From Scyliorhinus canicula (taxonomy: Eukaryota): DNA of 64,000 nt. Below the pieces are notes generated by a model. It was not told where the DNA came from, ran no database searches, and was given only the letters and a program-made list of their open reading frames with translations. The stretch is from positions 120,568,636 through 120,632,635 of the forward strand of contig NC_052161.1 of the NCBI RefSeq assembly GCF_902713615.1, written 5' to 3'. Both the position numbers and the translations under genes were made by a program. Positions 15,501 to 28,237 of this stretch are shown here, piece after piece (the stretch's first letter is position 1; each line of letters begins with the position of its first letter).

Positions 15501-18500
15501 TGGAGCCGGATGATGTAGATGAGGTAATTAAATTTAGTATTTTGCATCTATATTTACTATGGAGTAGGACGACTGAAAGCAGGGATAGGGACTGTGATAG
15601 AATTGAACAGATTTGCATTGAGAAAGAAGTGATGTTAATGGTTTTGGAGGCTTAAAGTAGATGCATCCTAGGCTGCTGTGTAAGGCAAAAGCGGAAAATG
15701 CAGGGCTCGGACATGAATTTTCACATCCTCTCTGGCCACAGGAGAGGTGCCACAGGGCTGGAGGACAGCTAATGTTTTACGGACATCCATTATTCAAGAA
15801 GGGACGTTAGGAAAGAGCAGGTAATTACAGGCCAGTGAGTCTAACATTCGTGGTAGAGAAATTATGGAAAAAATTCTGAGGGACAGAACTAATCTCCAAT
15901 TGGAGAAGCAAGGATTACTCAAAGATAGTCAGCATGGCTTTGTCAGGGGGAGATTGTCTCACAAATGTAATTGATTTTTTTTGAGGTGACTAGGTGTGTA
16001 GATGGAGGCAGGGCAGTTGATGTAGTCTATATAGATTTCAGTAAGGCTTTTAACAAGGTCCTGCATGGGAGACTGATTAAGAAAGTAAGAACCCATGGGA
16101 TCCAGGGCAATTTGGATCCAAAATTGGCTTAGCAGTAAGAGGCAGAGGGTGATGGTCAACGGTTATTTTTGTGACCGGAAGCCTGTGTCCACTCGTGCAC
16201 CACAGGGATCTGTGCTGGGTCCTTTTCTGTTTGTAGTGCACATTAATGATCTAGACGTGAACATGGGGCGTATGATCAACAGGTTCGCAGGACACAAATA
16301 TTGGGTGTGGTAAATAGAGATGAGTAAAGTCTTGGATAAGAGGACAATATAGATGTGTTGGTCAGAACAGAGCCAAATGGAATTTAACCCTGCAAAGTGG
16401 GAGGTGTTGCATTTTGGGAGGACTAACAAGGCAAGAGAATATACACCGGTAGGACTCTAGAATATACAGAGAACCACAAGGACCTTGGGGTGCACGTTCA
16501 CAGATCCCCGAAAGCAGCAGGACAGGTAGATAAAGTGGTTAAGAAAGCATATGGGCAACCGATCAAACCCCAGAACGGGGAAAAAGCCTAGCATGGCTAG
16601 GGAGTTAGGGGCCTTCATGGAATAGATGGGGGCGGTGGACCCATTGAGGTTCCTGCACCTGGGAGAAAAGGAGTTCTCGTTCTTTTCGCAGGTGCACAAG
16701 GTATACACCCGTATCGACTTCTTTGCAGTGGGGAATTTGGTGCTCCAGGGATCATGGGAACGGACTACTCTGCGATCGTTATCTCCGACCACGCTCCACA
16801 TTATATGGATGAGAGGTTGGAGACAGGCTGGGCCCAGCGCCCCACATGGAGGCTGGACATGGACCTCCTGGCCGACAATGCTTTCTGCCAAAATATATCT
16901 CAGGCCACAGGCGATTACGTTAGTAACAACCAAAACGGGGAGGTCTCACCCTCCACGTTTTGGGAGACACTGAAGGCCATGATCAGAGGAGAGATCATAG
17001 CCTACAAGGCAAGTAGAGATAGGGAAGAGGGTGGCCAGGCAACAGCTAGTGGACTCCATTCTGGAAGTCGATAGAAAGTACTTCGAGGCCCCGACAGTAG
17101 GGCTGCTGGCAGAGAGGAAAAAGTTGCAAATGGACTTTAACCTGTTATCCACTAGGAAAGCAGTGTACCAATTCCGTCAGACAAAAATTCGCACCAGTCC
17201 TGGCCCCACACCTAAGGGACATGTTCGCGGACTCACTGGCATGGGGCACCCTGCCCCCAATGCTAGCGCAGGCCACAATCCCATTGATACCCAAAAAAGA
17301 TAAAGACCTGACGGAATGTGGATCATACAGACCCATTTCACTGCTGAACGTGGATGCGAAAATACTCGCAAAGGTGCTGGCCAAAAGGCTGGGGGGCTGC
17401 GTACCAGAGGTGGTCGCAGAGGACCAAACAGGCTGTCAAGGGTAGGCAGCTCACTGCGAATGTCAGGCGGCTGCTGAATGTGATAATGACCAGCCCCCGG
17501 GGAGAGAACACCAGAGGTGATAGTCTCCCTGGACGCAGAAAAGGCCTTTGACAGAGTCGAATGGAGCTACCTCCTCGAGGTACTGGAACGGTTTGGGCTA
17601 GAAGCGGGATTCACCGCCTGGGTGAGGCTCCTGTACAACGCTCCCAAAGCGGGTGTCCGAACTAACACCACCAGCTCTGAATACTTCCAGCTACAGAGAG
17701 GAACAAGACAGGGCTGCCCCTTGTCCCCACTCTTGTTCGCGCTAGCGATCGAACCACTGGCGATAGCCCTGAGGGACGCAAAAAGCTGGAAGGGAATCTG
17801 GAGAGGAGACAGAAAGCACAGAGTCTCACTCTATGCAGATGACCTGTTCCTCTATGTCTCAACGCCACAGGAGGGACTGAAGGCAATACTACAAATACTG
17901 AAAGAGTTTGGAACCTTCTCGGGCTACAAACGTAACCTGGGCAAAAGCGAGACATTCCCAGTGAACCCAAAAGGGGGAGGCACAGAACTGAAAGGGCTCT
18001 CGTTTAAAACGACCCAGAACAGAATCCGTTACCTTGGGATCCAAATAGCCAGAGACTGGACACAGATCCACAAGTGGAACCTGACCAGCCTAGTGGAGGA
18101 AGTAAGAAAAGACCTTCAACCGAGGGGCACACTTCCACTCTCCCTGCCGGATCTCTAGCAGCATTTATGCTATAAGAACAAAGGAATCTTTGATTAAAAG
18201 GCAGGTAGAAAGATCATTCATTTCCTTGTCCTTGCAACTGCACCAAATTCAGGGGTCGACTATCAAATTCAACAGACAGTAGGTGGGCCCACTTGATTTT
18301 TTTGCTCAATCATCGGTCACGGTTTGCCTGACAGTGAGCAACTTGTTCTATTATTTGCAGGTTTTTAAAAAAAAACATGCTTCACTTGCAACTCTTTGGA
18401 ATAAGGCAACATTTCCACAGCATGTTTCATTTTTGATGCTTTGAATGAGCTTTGTTCTATAAAATTGGAATTGCTTTTCAGAAAGCTTTTGGAGTGGACA

Positions 18501-21500
18501 ATATACACTGGTCATGCCGTGAGGGAACAATGAAAACTCTGTTCCCCGTGAACTGATGATGGGAAATTATGCAGCTAGTGTTTTGTATTGGACAGAATGT
18601 TTCAAGAAGCAATATGTAGCTGTAGTGGAGCTTCTTTGTGAAAATCGTAACATTGTAAACCTTAGGCTGGTATGGGGTAAGGAACATCTGTGTAGCTCAC
18701 CCGTGACCCGAATCTTAACATTAATTACAGCAAACTCAACGACACAAAATAGAAAGATGTTGAGGAAATATATGCGCCTGAATTTATTCTAATACCTTTT
18801 AGCTAATCATTTTCACAAACATGTACAGCAATTGCACGGAATCAAATATTATGGATGAAAATGCCAAACCATGAACACTAAATTGCACCTTGATTTGGAG
18901 TTCTTACACCTAGCTTATCATGCTATGTAAAAAAAAACACCCACAGAAAACAATCTTTGTAAAGTATGTAGTCATTATCTAATATATTGCTTTCAATTTG
19001 ACACATAGCATGGCTGTGTAACAGAAGTTACAGAGTGTAACACAAAATGATCCCAAACCAGGTGTTGTTAAAAGAGAGAAAATAACAGGTAGCACGGTGG
19101 CGCAGTGGGTTAGCCCTGCTGCCTCACGGCGCTGAGGTCCCAGGTTCGATCCCGGCTCTGAGTCACTGTACGTGTGGAGTTTGCACATTATCCCCGTGTT
19201 TGCTGGATTTCGCCCCCACAGCCCAAAGATGTGCATAGAACATACAGTGCAAAAGGAGGCCATTCGGCCCATCGAGTCTGCACCGACCCACTTAAGCCCT
19301 CACTTCCACCCAATAACCCCTCCTAACCTTTTTGGTTATCATGGCCAATCCACCTAACCTGCATGTCTTTGGACTGTGGGAGGAAACCAGAGCACCCGGA
19401 GGAGACCCATGCATACACGGGGAGAACGTGCAGACTCCGCAGACAGTGACCCAGCGGGGAATCGAATCAGGGACCCTGGCACTGTGAAGCCACAGTGTGA
19501 AGCTATCCACTTGTGCTACCGTGCTGCCCACAAAGGGCAGGCTAAGTGGATTGACGACACTAAATTTCCCCTCAATTGGAAAACTACATTTTTAAAATTT
19601 TAAAACGTGGATTGCTGAATTGTGGTGCACCCTGTGTCCCGCCCCTTATATGTGATTGGTCACTGTTGGTTCGCTTCAACATTCTGGGGCATATCTGAGC
19701 AATCGATTCAGTTGGAATAAAGTGGGTGTGCCATGGAATTGGTTGTTTCATTGCAGTCTGCCATGTTACTGAAAGGGTTGGGAACCATTGGATTAGAATA
19801 AAAGATGCTTGATGGTTGGCGCAGACAAGATAGGCCAAAGTGTCTCTATTTGTTCTGTAAAACTCTAATTCCCTCTGCCAATTGTTTTTCAAATTTGCTA
19901 CCTCTCCATCCTCTTCAGTCTGGAGTTCAACAACATCAAATTAATGATGTAATTGCAGAGAGGGTCAATCCTGCACAAGATTCAATGCTTGGGGTGCTGG
20001 AAACATTATATTGTTTTGCTGTCATGGATATAACAGAATTAACTGATTCACGATTTTCACGCCAGCAAAAGCGCAGTTAGTTGAGCATGGCATTTAGACA
20101 TAGGATGAAACAATAATCTCCCAATAGGGGGGCACGGTGGCAAAGTGGGTTCAGTTCCGGCCTCGGGTGACTGTGGAATTTGCACTTTCTCCCCGTGTCT
20201 GCGTGGGTTTCCTCTGGGTGCTCCGGTTTCTTCCCACAGTCCAAATATGTGCAGATTTGGTGGATTGGCCATGCTACATTGCCGCTTCGTGACCAAAAGG
20301 TTAGGTGGGGTTACTGGGTTACGGGATAGGATAGGAGCGTGGGCCTAGGTAGGGTGCTCTTTCCAAGGGTCAGTGCAGACCCGATGGGCCTCCTTATGCA
20401 TGTAGGGATTCTATGAAATCGAGCAAGAATTATCTGTAGAGTCACTGAGATTTCACTAACGCTTATAGAAAGCCATAATATGAACAGTACAAGTTAAATA
20501 GAATTGAATGGACTGCACCCACCCTGTCCATAGAACAACATCAGATCCACATTCCCCTCAGGGCTTTCTTTATCCACCTGACGCCAGACTGCAAATCAAA
20601 ACAAAAACAACAATGCTGAGATAAGTGACAGTTTGTAATCCGAGTAGAATTAATCCCAGCAATGTCAACTCGACAACACTCACTGATTTCGCCATTCCTC
20701 AAGTTGATAGAAGCAATCACGTTATTCTCTGTTGCAACCATGAGTTTCCTTGAGTTCTGTGTAGGTGCATCAAAATGTGCAAACCGGGGCTTTCCAACAT
20801 ATTGTCGTCGCCTTAAAAATTAAAACAGAAGCATTGTGCATTTGACTACTAGAGAATTATAATAAGAATTGTGACTATGGCATTAACTCAGTCACAATAC
20901 AACACAACATAGAATAAATCATTCAATCCATCACACCTGTGCGGTCTCTTTGAAAAAGCCATCCAGTTAGTCCCAGTCTTACTCTTTCCCCATAGACCTG
21001 CAATTCTTAAGAGTATTTATCCAATTCCCTTTTGAAAGGGGTGGCACGGTGGCTAGCACTGCTGTCTCACAGCTCCAAGGACCTGGGTTCAAATCCAGCC
21101 TCGTGTGACTGTCTGAAAGGAATTTGCACATTCTCCCAGTGTCTGCATGGGTTTCCTCCAGATGCCCCGGTTTCCTCTCAGTCCAAAGATGTGCGGGTTA
21201 GGTGGATTGGTGATGCTAAATTGCCCCTTAGTGTCCAAAAGGTTAGATGAGGTTACTGGGATAGGGTGGAGGCGTGGGCTTCAGTGGGGTGCTCTTTCCA
21301 AGGGTTGGTGCCTTTACTGCAAATTCTATGATTTTTTGAAAGTTACAACCGAATCTTCTTACATCACTTTTTCAGGCTGTGCATTTTGCAGTTCATAACT
21401 CGCTCGTTAAGTAAAAAACGTACTTTTTGACAATTACCATCAATTATCTTACCTTACAACATATCGACTCTCCTACCAGTTGTACCCAATCTATTCTTCA

Positions 21501-22154
21501 GGTGACTCTGTCCAAACACTTTTGAAATTATACCATTTAGCTTTTATTTTTTTAAATTTAGAGTACCCAATTGTTTTTTCCAATTAAAGGGCAATTTTGC
21601 GTGGCCAATCCACCTACCCTGCACATCTTTTGGGCTGTGGTAACCCACGCAGACACGGGGAGAATGTGCATCCAGGGCTGGGATTCGAACCCGGATCCTC
21701 AGCGCTGTAGGCAGCAATGCTAACCACTGTGCTGCCCTACCATTTAGTTTTCATTACCTATCCGTATTCTACTTTCCCAAATGCTTCAGGTTTAATTCGA
21801 AGTTTGTCGAATTTCAGTCAGTTGGTGGGGTTTTCAGTGAATTCACAACAGTCACTGATTCCGCCCCTCTCCTGCCCCGTTTTGGGCTGAGAGCTGCCTG
21901 TTCTCCCGAGGCTCGACCTGGGAGAAAACAAACCTGCCGCTCGCCCTCGGGCCCTCCCACACCTGGTTTCCAGGGGAAAGCAGGGAACCGGCGGCCCCGA
22001 GTGACTGCTGCAAACCTTCTTCTTCAGAACCCCACCCTCGCAGGCCTCTCCTCCCAGCGACTCACCAGTCGAATTTCCCGACTTGATCCTCGTAAATCGC
22101 CGCTGCAAACTCAAAGAGAGCGAAAAGGAGCCAAATGCCAGAGAGAACCACCAT
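564..22154 (-). CDS. EMC1: ER membrane protein complex subunit 1, coding exons 1-12 (gene continues past the left edge)
   Basis: Exons with GT-AG boundaries and consistent phases: 22066-22154 ([30 protein letters not shown]), 20684-20811, 20523-20588, 12697-12790, 11007-11135, 10058-10184, 9367-9516, 6389-6556, 3218-3289, 2216-2314, 1646-1742, 564-680 (…[22 protein letters not shown]). Motifs match human EMC1 as recalled ([10 protein letters not shown], VATEx[18 protein letters not shown]). Confidence 0.96.
1228..1530 (+). mobile_element. V-SINE with third tail type (…GTAACTTCATTGCAG…TGTGACAATAAAGATTATTA)
   Basis: Same head; a near-identical copy sits at 13022-13318. A related tail occurs on short elements at ~10210, 23700, 24010, 37625, 56510. 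Confidence 0.8.
3647..6132 (+). mobile_element. 5'-truncated L1-clade LINE in an EMC1 intron
   Basis: 17-bp TSD AAGAATATCTGCAATGC (3630-3646, 6133-6149). ORF2 C-terminal QLKVVHRAH…CERC…HMFWSC motif and polyA tail. Confidence 0.93.
4601..5606 (+). mobile_element. Solo LTR (~1 kb, Gypsy-like) nested in the L1
   Basis: TGTAG…CAACA termini, 4-bp TSD CTGA (4597-4600, 5607-5610), TATAAA at ~5032 and AATAAA at ~5388. Confidence 0.87.
6765..7760 (-). mobile_element. L1 3' fragment
   Basis: ORF 7201-7542 (QLKVMHRVH…CEWC…HIFW) is homologous to the other L1 C-termini in this window; 3' UTR runs toward ~6765. Confidence 0.85.
8255..9290 (+). mobile_element. CR1 LINE 3' fragment
   Basis: [19 protein letters not shown] and WNALP motifs plus a CR1-type 3' tail. 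Confidence 0.88.
13318..16555 (+). mobile_element. Fragmented CR1 LINE (endonuclease to RT), interrupted by a ~1.1-kb insert, a MITE and a SINE
   Basis: SDH endonuclease end near 13725; SQHGF, DFSKAF and PQGSVLGP motifs at 15920-16250. Confidence 0.8.
14600..14969. mobile_element. hAT (Charlie-type) MITE
   Basis: 16-bp TIR CAGGGGTGGGCAAACT / AGTTTGCCCACCCCTG and perfect 8-bp TSD CTCTAGCT (14592-14599, 14970-14977). Confidence 0.93.
16556..18150 (+). mobile_element. L1 ORF2 internal fragment (APE end plus RT)
   Basis: [40 protein letters not shown] and YADD motifs. No polyA tail or TSD. Confidence 0.9.
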
Positions 22155-22473
22155 CACTGCTCGGTCCTCCAGAATCCCAGAATGCAATGGGGGAAGCTGG
22201 GTCCTCCGCTATCCCAGAGCGCACAAGAGAGTCCGCTTCTCCCCAACGGTGGGAAAGTTTCCTCCCGGCGCCCAGAGTCTGTGACCAGGAGCCTCCTGTT
22301 TGGACGATTCAATCAGCCCGATGGGTCGTTTACAGGTCTGATCTCTCGGACCTGGTTTTTAAACCCTGAATAAATGTTCCGGCGGAGTGAAGGCGCCCAT
22401 AATCCCATCAGACTGCGCGGCACGGGGTCCTGAGCGCACCGAGGCAGCGTGAGCGGCGAGAGACTGAGAGGCA
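22155..22473. promoter_or_regulatory. EMC1/MRTO4 bidirectional CpG-rich promoter with ZNF143/Staf-like motifs
   Basis: 319 bp separate the divergent ATGs. CpG-rich over ~21880-22800. TCCCAGAATGCAATG at 22175-22189 and TCCCATCAGACTGCGCG at 22403-22419 resemble SBS motifs. Confidence 0.8.
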
Positions 22474-25400
22474 ATGCCGCGATCCCGGCGCGACAAGCGG
22501 GGTAAGACTCTGCTCTGTCCGGGGAGATGGACCCAGTCAGGGGGTTTTGGTGGAGGGGAGGCCGCGATTTGACCTAATCCGAGAGTTTCCAGGAACTTGG
22601 ACTCGGGGCTTAAAAGCTCGGTTCCTGTCTCGCTGGTTGAATTGTTCAATCCACTCACTCCTTTTTATATCATTTCCGCAGTTTCTCTGACTAAAACAAC
22701 AAAGAAAGGATTGCAGATCAAACAGAACCTGATCGAGGAGGTGAGTCGTTAATCGTATTGACTCCGTTGCAGCAGTAAGAGCGGCGCTTCGGGCCTCTCC
22801 CTCTACATAGAACACATACATACAGTGCAGAAAGAGGCCATTCGGCCCATCGAGTCTGCACCGACCCACTTCAACCCTCACTTCCACCCTATCCCTGTAA
22901 CCCAATAACGCCTCCTATCCTTTTTTGGTCACTAGGCAATTTATCATGGCCAATCCACCTAATCTTTGGACTGTGGGAGGAAACCGGAGCACCAGGAGGA
23001 ATCCCACGCAGACACTGGGAGAACGTGCAGACTCCACACAGACAGTAACCCAGCGGGGAACTGAACCTGGGATCCTGGTGTTGTGAAGCCACTTGTGCTA
23101 CCATGCTGCCCATATTCTATTCTATCCCATTGTCTGAGGCACAGACCGGGTCTTCTCGTCATTTTCGACTCTGGGAAAATCTTTTCCCCGCCTCCCTTCT
23201 CAAATACCTTACACAAACTCCCAACTCTTTGGTTCTCAAAACTTTTCGCTAGCTGCAATTTTTGTCCAGTAAATTCCTCGCTCTTCCCCTGCCCTGGTAC
23301 AGCCCATTTTTGCTGTCTAAATTAGGGAGATCTGGCTGGACTGTAACAAGAACAAAAATAATCCCTGACTTGTCTATAATACTGATTTGTATCCTTGAGC
23401 CCGTCCACCTCTCAACTCCTCCAAGTGAGAGGAACCCTTGAACCTCTGACATTAAAATTGAGACTTCTGTTTGGCCTCCACACCAATCCCTTGGTTTTCT
23501 TTGCTCGCCAAATTATGATTCCTGCCTACCCCTGTTTTAACTCTCAACCTCTCTTTCTCTATCTCCCCTAATGTCATCTCTTCCTCTTAACCAAGATACT
23601 GAAATCCAATACTGCCCCTCCTCAGCCCATTATACGAACCTGCATGGACCCTGGTCTGGCAATCCATGAAATTTGTAATTTCATCCTTGTGTACCAGCCT
23701 TCCTGAACAGGCGCCGGAATGTGGCGACTAGGGGTTTTTCACAGTAACTTCATTTGAAGCCTACTTGTGACGATAAGCAATTTTCATTTCATTCATTTCA
23801 CTTCAAATCCCTCTATGGCCTTGCTGCTCCCTTGTCTTCCCATATTGTGATTGCTCATTCAGCCGTCAGGGTGTTAAATTGTGAATTTCCTTTGCTAAAC
23901 TTCTCGTTCTTTAAAGCCTAGCTTTGTCCAATCTTTTGGTCAGCTGTCCTAATATTCCTTTGTGGGGCTGTGTATCAAATTATGATTGATAATCCTGTGA
24001 AGTTGAAAATTGAAATGAAATGAAAATTGCTAATTGTCACAAGTAGGCTTCAAATGAAGTTACTGTGAAAAGCCCCTAGTCCTCACATTCCAGCCCAGTT
24101 CGGGGAGGCTGGTACGGGAATTGAACCGTGCTGCTGGCCTGCATTGATCTCCTTTAAAAGCCAGCAATTTAGCCCTTTGCTAAACCAGCCCCTAGTTTGG
24201 ATATTTTTCTAAATTCAAGTGGTTATAAACATGCAAGTTGCTATAGGGTTAATTAATCCCTTAATTAAGCTGGTGGGAAATGGCCAAAGTATGCTGATGT
24301 TTTGTATAAACCCTTAATTGTCGTCTTGTCTTTTTAGTTAAGAAAATGTGTGGACACCTACAAGAACGTCTTTGTCTTTTCTATTGAGAATATGAGAAAT
24401 AATAAACTAAAGGACATGCGGAGTGCCTGGAAACATAGCCGGTGAGTCACTGGGATTTAAGTGTGTGTCGTTCCCCCCCCCCCCCCCGGACACATACCAA
24501 CTTCAGTAAAATGGGTACTAGGTGGATTGATTTTATTTGCGTTGTGCAGAGGAGGAACCTAGGAATGGTAGTAGGCCATTCAGCCCCTTGATTCTGTTCC
24601 ATCATTGAATTCAACTGGCTGATGTATGTCTTAACTCCATTTAACCTGTCTGATACTTGCTCCTTTGACGCCAACATCTAAACAAAAATCGTATCAGCTT
24701 CAGTTGTGAAATCTCTGTAACCCTCAACAGTTCCAAGATGAACACCTAATTGCATCTGCCACAGTTTTGCCCACTTAATATATCACTGCCCTTTGAAGCT
24801 TTTCATTGCTATCTACACTATTTACTGTGGCATCTGACTTAATTTCAGCAGCAAACTTAATGTACAGCTTCCGATTCCTTTATTAAAGTCATTTATGAAT
24901 ATCATGAAAAGAGAAGAGCCCAGTACAGATCCCTGGGGTCATCGCTAACATTATCCTGCCAATTTTGAGTGCAAGTGCATATCAATTCTTCTTAGGCCGT
25001 CCCTCAGAGTTGAGGATGAATTACCTCCACACTAAAAATGAGTTCTCAGGCGTAACCTACAGTCTCTGTCATAGGTCTGGTAGGTGGCGGTGGAGGGGTG
25101 GGTGGATTGGGTGCCTGGGTTACCATTGACTGTCGATGCTTGGCTTCAGCTTGCTGTCAGCAATGAAATCAAGGTGTTTTTTCTCCATTTTGGGCAATCT
25201 TGGGCCATGGATTCGCAGGTGTCAATGGAATGCTGCACTCTTTCAGCGTGGCTTTGAGGTTGGCCTTGAAAGTGTTTCTTCTGACCTGCTGGGGCTCTCT
25301 TGCCATGTCGAAGCTCCAAGTAGAGCGCTTGTTCCGGAGTCTCATGTCAAACAGTCGGACGATGTGGCCTGCCCACTGCAGCTGATCATACACGGTCAAT

Positions 25401-27871
25401 ACTTTGTTCTGGGGATGTTGGCCTGAATGGGAACACTGACGTTGGTGCACCTATCCTGCCAATGGATTTGCAGGATCTTGTGGAGACGGCAGTGATGGTA
25501 CTTCTCCAGGGTTTTGAGGCACATGCTGTACATAGTCCAAGTCTTTGAGCCAGAGGTGGGCAGATATCAATACTGCTCTGTAGACCATGAGCTTGGTGCC
25601 AAGACTGAGGTTCCTGGTCTTCAAACACTCCTTTCTTCGGGCGACCAAAGGCTGTGCTGTCACAATGAAGGTGCCCTGAACTTGTCGCCGATTTCTGTCC
25701 TTGTTGACAGTAGGCCCCCAAGTATGAAAAGTGGTCTACGTTGTCTAAGACCTAGTCATGGGTTTTTATATCCTGGGGGGGGGGGGGGCTGTGCTACGTG
25801 TAAGGGCCTGGTTGATAGAGGACCTCTCTTATGGGTGCTTAGTGTAAGGCCTATGCTATTGTAGCCTGGATGAAGATATTGACGATGGCTTGGAGCTCAG
25901 TTTCCAAGACTGCAGAGGCGCAACCAAAGTCTTCATACTGTAGTTCACTGACAGGATGGGGCAACCTGAGATCTGGTCTGCAGATGGCAGAGGTTGAAAA
26001 GATTCCCTTTTGTTCTGTAATTTAGCTCCGTTCTAGTGGGGAGCGTGCTGAGGGTGTGGTGGAGCGTTGCAGCCATGAAAATTGAGAAGAGCATCATTGG
26101 ATCCATTGGTCAGGATCAGGGCTTGCATGTCATCGTGGAGCAGGCAGAGGATGATGACAAACATTTGGGTGCAGCCGGAACTGGGGACACGCCATAATTC
26201 CTTGCGGTTGACAGTGTCAACGGTCGATGTGAGGTCATGGATAAGGGATGGTGCTGCTTTCTGCATTTCTTTTGTAGTTGCTGTACAGTGACGATCATGT
26301 CCATTGTGCCCCTTAGTGAACGGAATCTGCATTGCGACTCGGAAGAGCTCCTCGGCCACAAGCAGGTTATTAAGGAGACATATCAATTATCCTTGCACTG
26401 TCCCCTACCTCCTCAATTATTTACCCAAGTCAAATAGATTGCTTTCAGTTCCATGTGCTGTCATTTTTGCTATCACCCGCCTCTGGGTCACTGTCCGTGT
26501 GAAGTTTTCACATTCTCCCCGTGTTTACATGGGTTTCACCCCCACAACCTAAAGCTATGCAGGGAAGGTGAATGCTCACACTAAATTGCCGCTTAATTGG
26601 AAAAAATGAATTGAGTACTCAATTTATTTTTTTAAAAGTGCTATCACTCTCTTGTGCAAGTAAGTGTGAAACTTCTATTTTGTGTTTGTGCAGGTTTTTC
26701 TTTGGTAAAAACAAAGTGATGATGGTGGCCCTAGGAAGAGAACCAGCAGACGAATACAAGGATGGTTTGCACAAGGTGAGTTGTCAGTGACTGGATCATG
26801 TATGGGATCTCGGACTCCATCTTTGAGCCTACATTTCCAGAATGCAACTCAAAAGTTTATATGGTTAACATTTCAGGTCTATCTTTTTCTCAGTTGTGAT
26901 GAAAAGTCATTGATATTAATCATTAACCCTACATTGCTTGCTTAGATCCTGAATATTTACAGCATCTACAGAATTTTATAATGTATTTTCCTCTAGGTCA
27001 GTAAACAGTTACAAGGTGAAGTAGGCCTTCTGTTCACGAATCGCACAAAGGCGGAAGTGATTGAGTGAGTCTCCCAACATTTTTTCCTGTCGACTTTCCC
27101 TCTGACCTGTTCCCACTCTTATTTTAATTCTTTAGCCTTTCTGCAGAGTTCATCAATACTGTCTGTTGAATCTGCTCCAATCTGTAGGTGGTTTGATCAA
27201 TACACTGAGTCCAATTTTGCTCGTGCTGGGAATATAGCTACAATGGCTGTTAGACTAGATGCTGGACCACTGCCACAGTTCATACACTCTCTTGAGCCAC
27301 AGCTGCGGCAGCTTGGATTACCAACCACATTGAAGAAAGGTACGGTAAAAGCAATGGCAACTTGTGCAAACTGGGCTTTTCTTCTCCACTATTACATGTG
27401 AAAGAATAAAATTTGGAACAGTAGGCAGTAGTTGGGTTTTACTTGTGTGGTCTCTGTCTCCTAGGCGTTGTCACATTATTGTCTGATTATGACGTGTGTA
27501 AAGAAGGTGCCTCACTGACCCCTGAACAAGCACGTCTTCTGGTGAGTCGTTATTTTATTTTTTAAAACTAACTTTCAGAAACTTGAAATTACTGAGAAGC
27601 AGCTGGAATGTACCAATGAAATGGGGAAAATTAACTGCATGTCATAATATAACTTCCTAAAAATGCTCTTTTCAAATACTGTTGATATTGGACACAATTT
27701 CTTAATTATGCACTCTCTCTTCTCTCCCAGAAACTTCTTGGTGTTGAGATGGCGGACTTCAAAGTGACAATAAAATGTATGTGGAATTCCGAGACTGGTG
27801 AATTTGAGCAACTGGCAGCAACTGGTGAAAGAAGCAACAAAGAGATTGAGATGGACGATGAACAGGAGTGA
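22474..27871 (+). CDS. MRTO4: mRNA turnover 4 homolog (60S ribosome assembly factor), complete, 8 exons, 236 aa
   Basis: Exons 22474-22501, 22682-22740, 24338-24441, 26694-26775, 26997-27064, 27188-27339, 27465-27541, 27731-27871 total 711 nt, all GT-AG. Translation [15 protein letters not shown]…[14 protein letters not shown]…[11 protein letters not shown]…EQE*. Confidence 0.97.
24986..26392 (-). mobile_element. RTE-clade LINE 3' fragment
   Basis: [19 protein letters not shown] and [10 protein letters not shown] motifs; 3' end …CCTAAGAAGAA. Confidence 0.8.
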
Positions 27872-27995
27872 CTGGAGGTTCAAGGGCTGCAGTGTGTGCC
27901 ATCAGTAGTAACCATCGGTGACAAATGAGCAATGCCACAAACATTTAGGATATCCGATATTGCAATAATGGACACCAACTTTAATGTGGATTTTT

Positions 27996-28001
27996 AATAA
28001 A
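27996..28001 (+). terminator. Probable MRTO4 polyadenylation signal AATAAA
   Basis: AATAAA ~125 nt after the stop codon, followed by T/GT-rich sequence. Confidence 0.65.
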
Positions 28002-28237
28002 AGTTTGGAACTTTATTGGCTGGGTCTCGCCTATTGGTGGAAGAGGCATGAAATGTAGGAGTTTAATGGTCTGTACTGACCTCCAGGAAACTGACTGATT
28101 TACCATCCTGGTGTTATAGACAAACTAACTCTTGTTTATACAGCTCCTTCCTGAGTCTTTCACAGCTGATGAACAGTGTGTAGTCACAATTGTAAGTGGC
28201 AGCCAATTTATGGGCAAGATACCACTATAGCAGTGAG

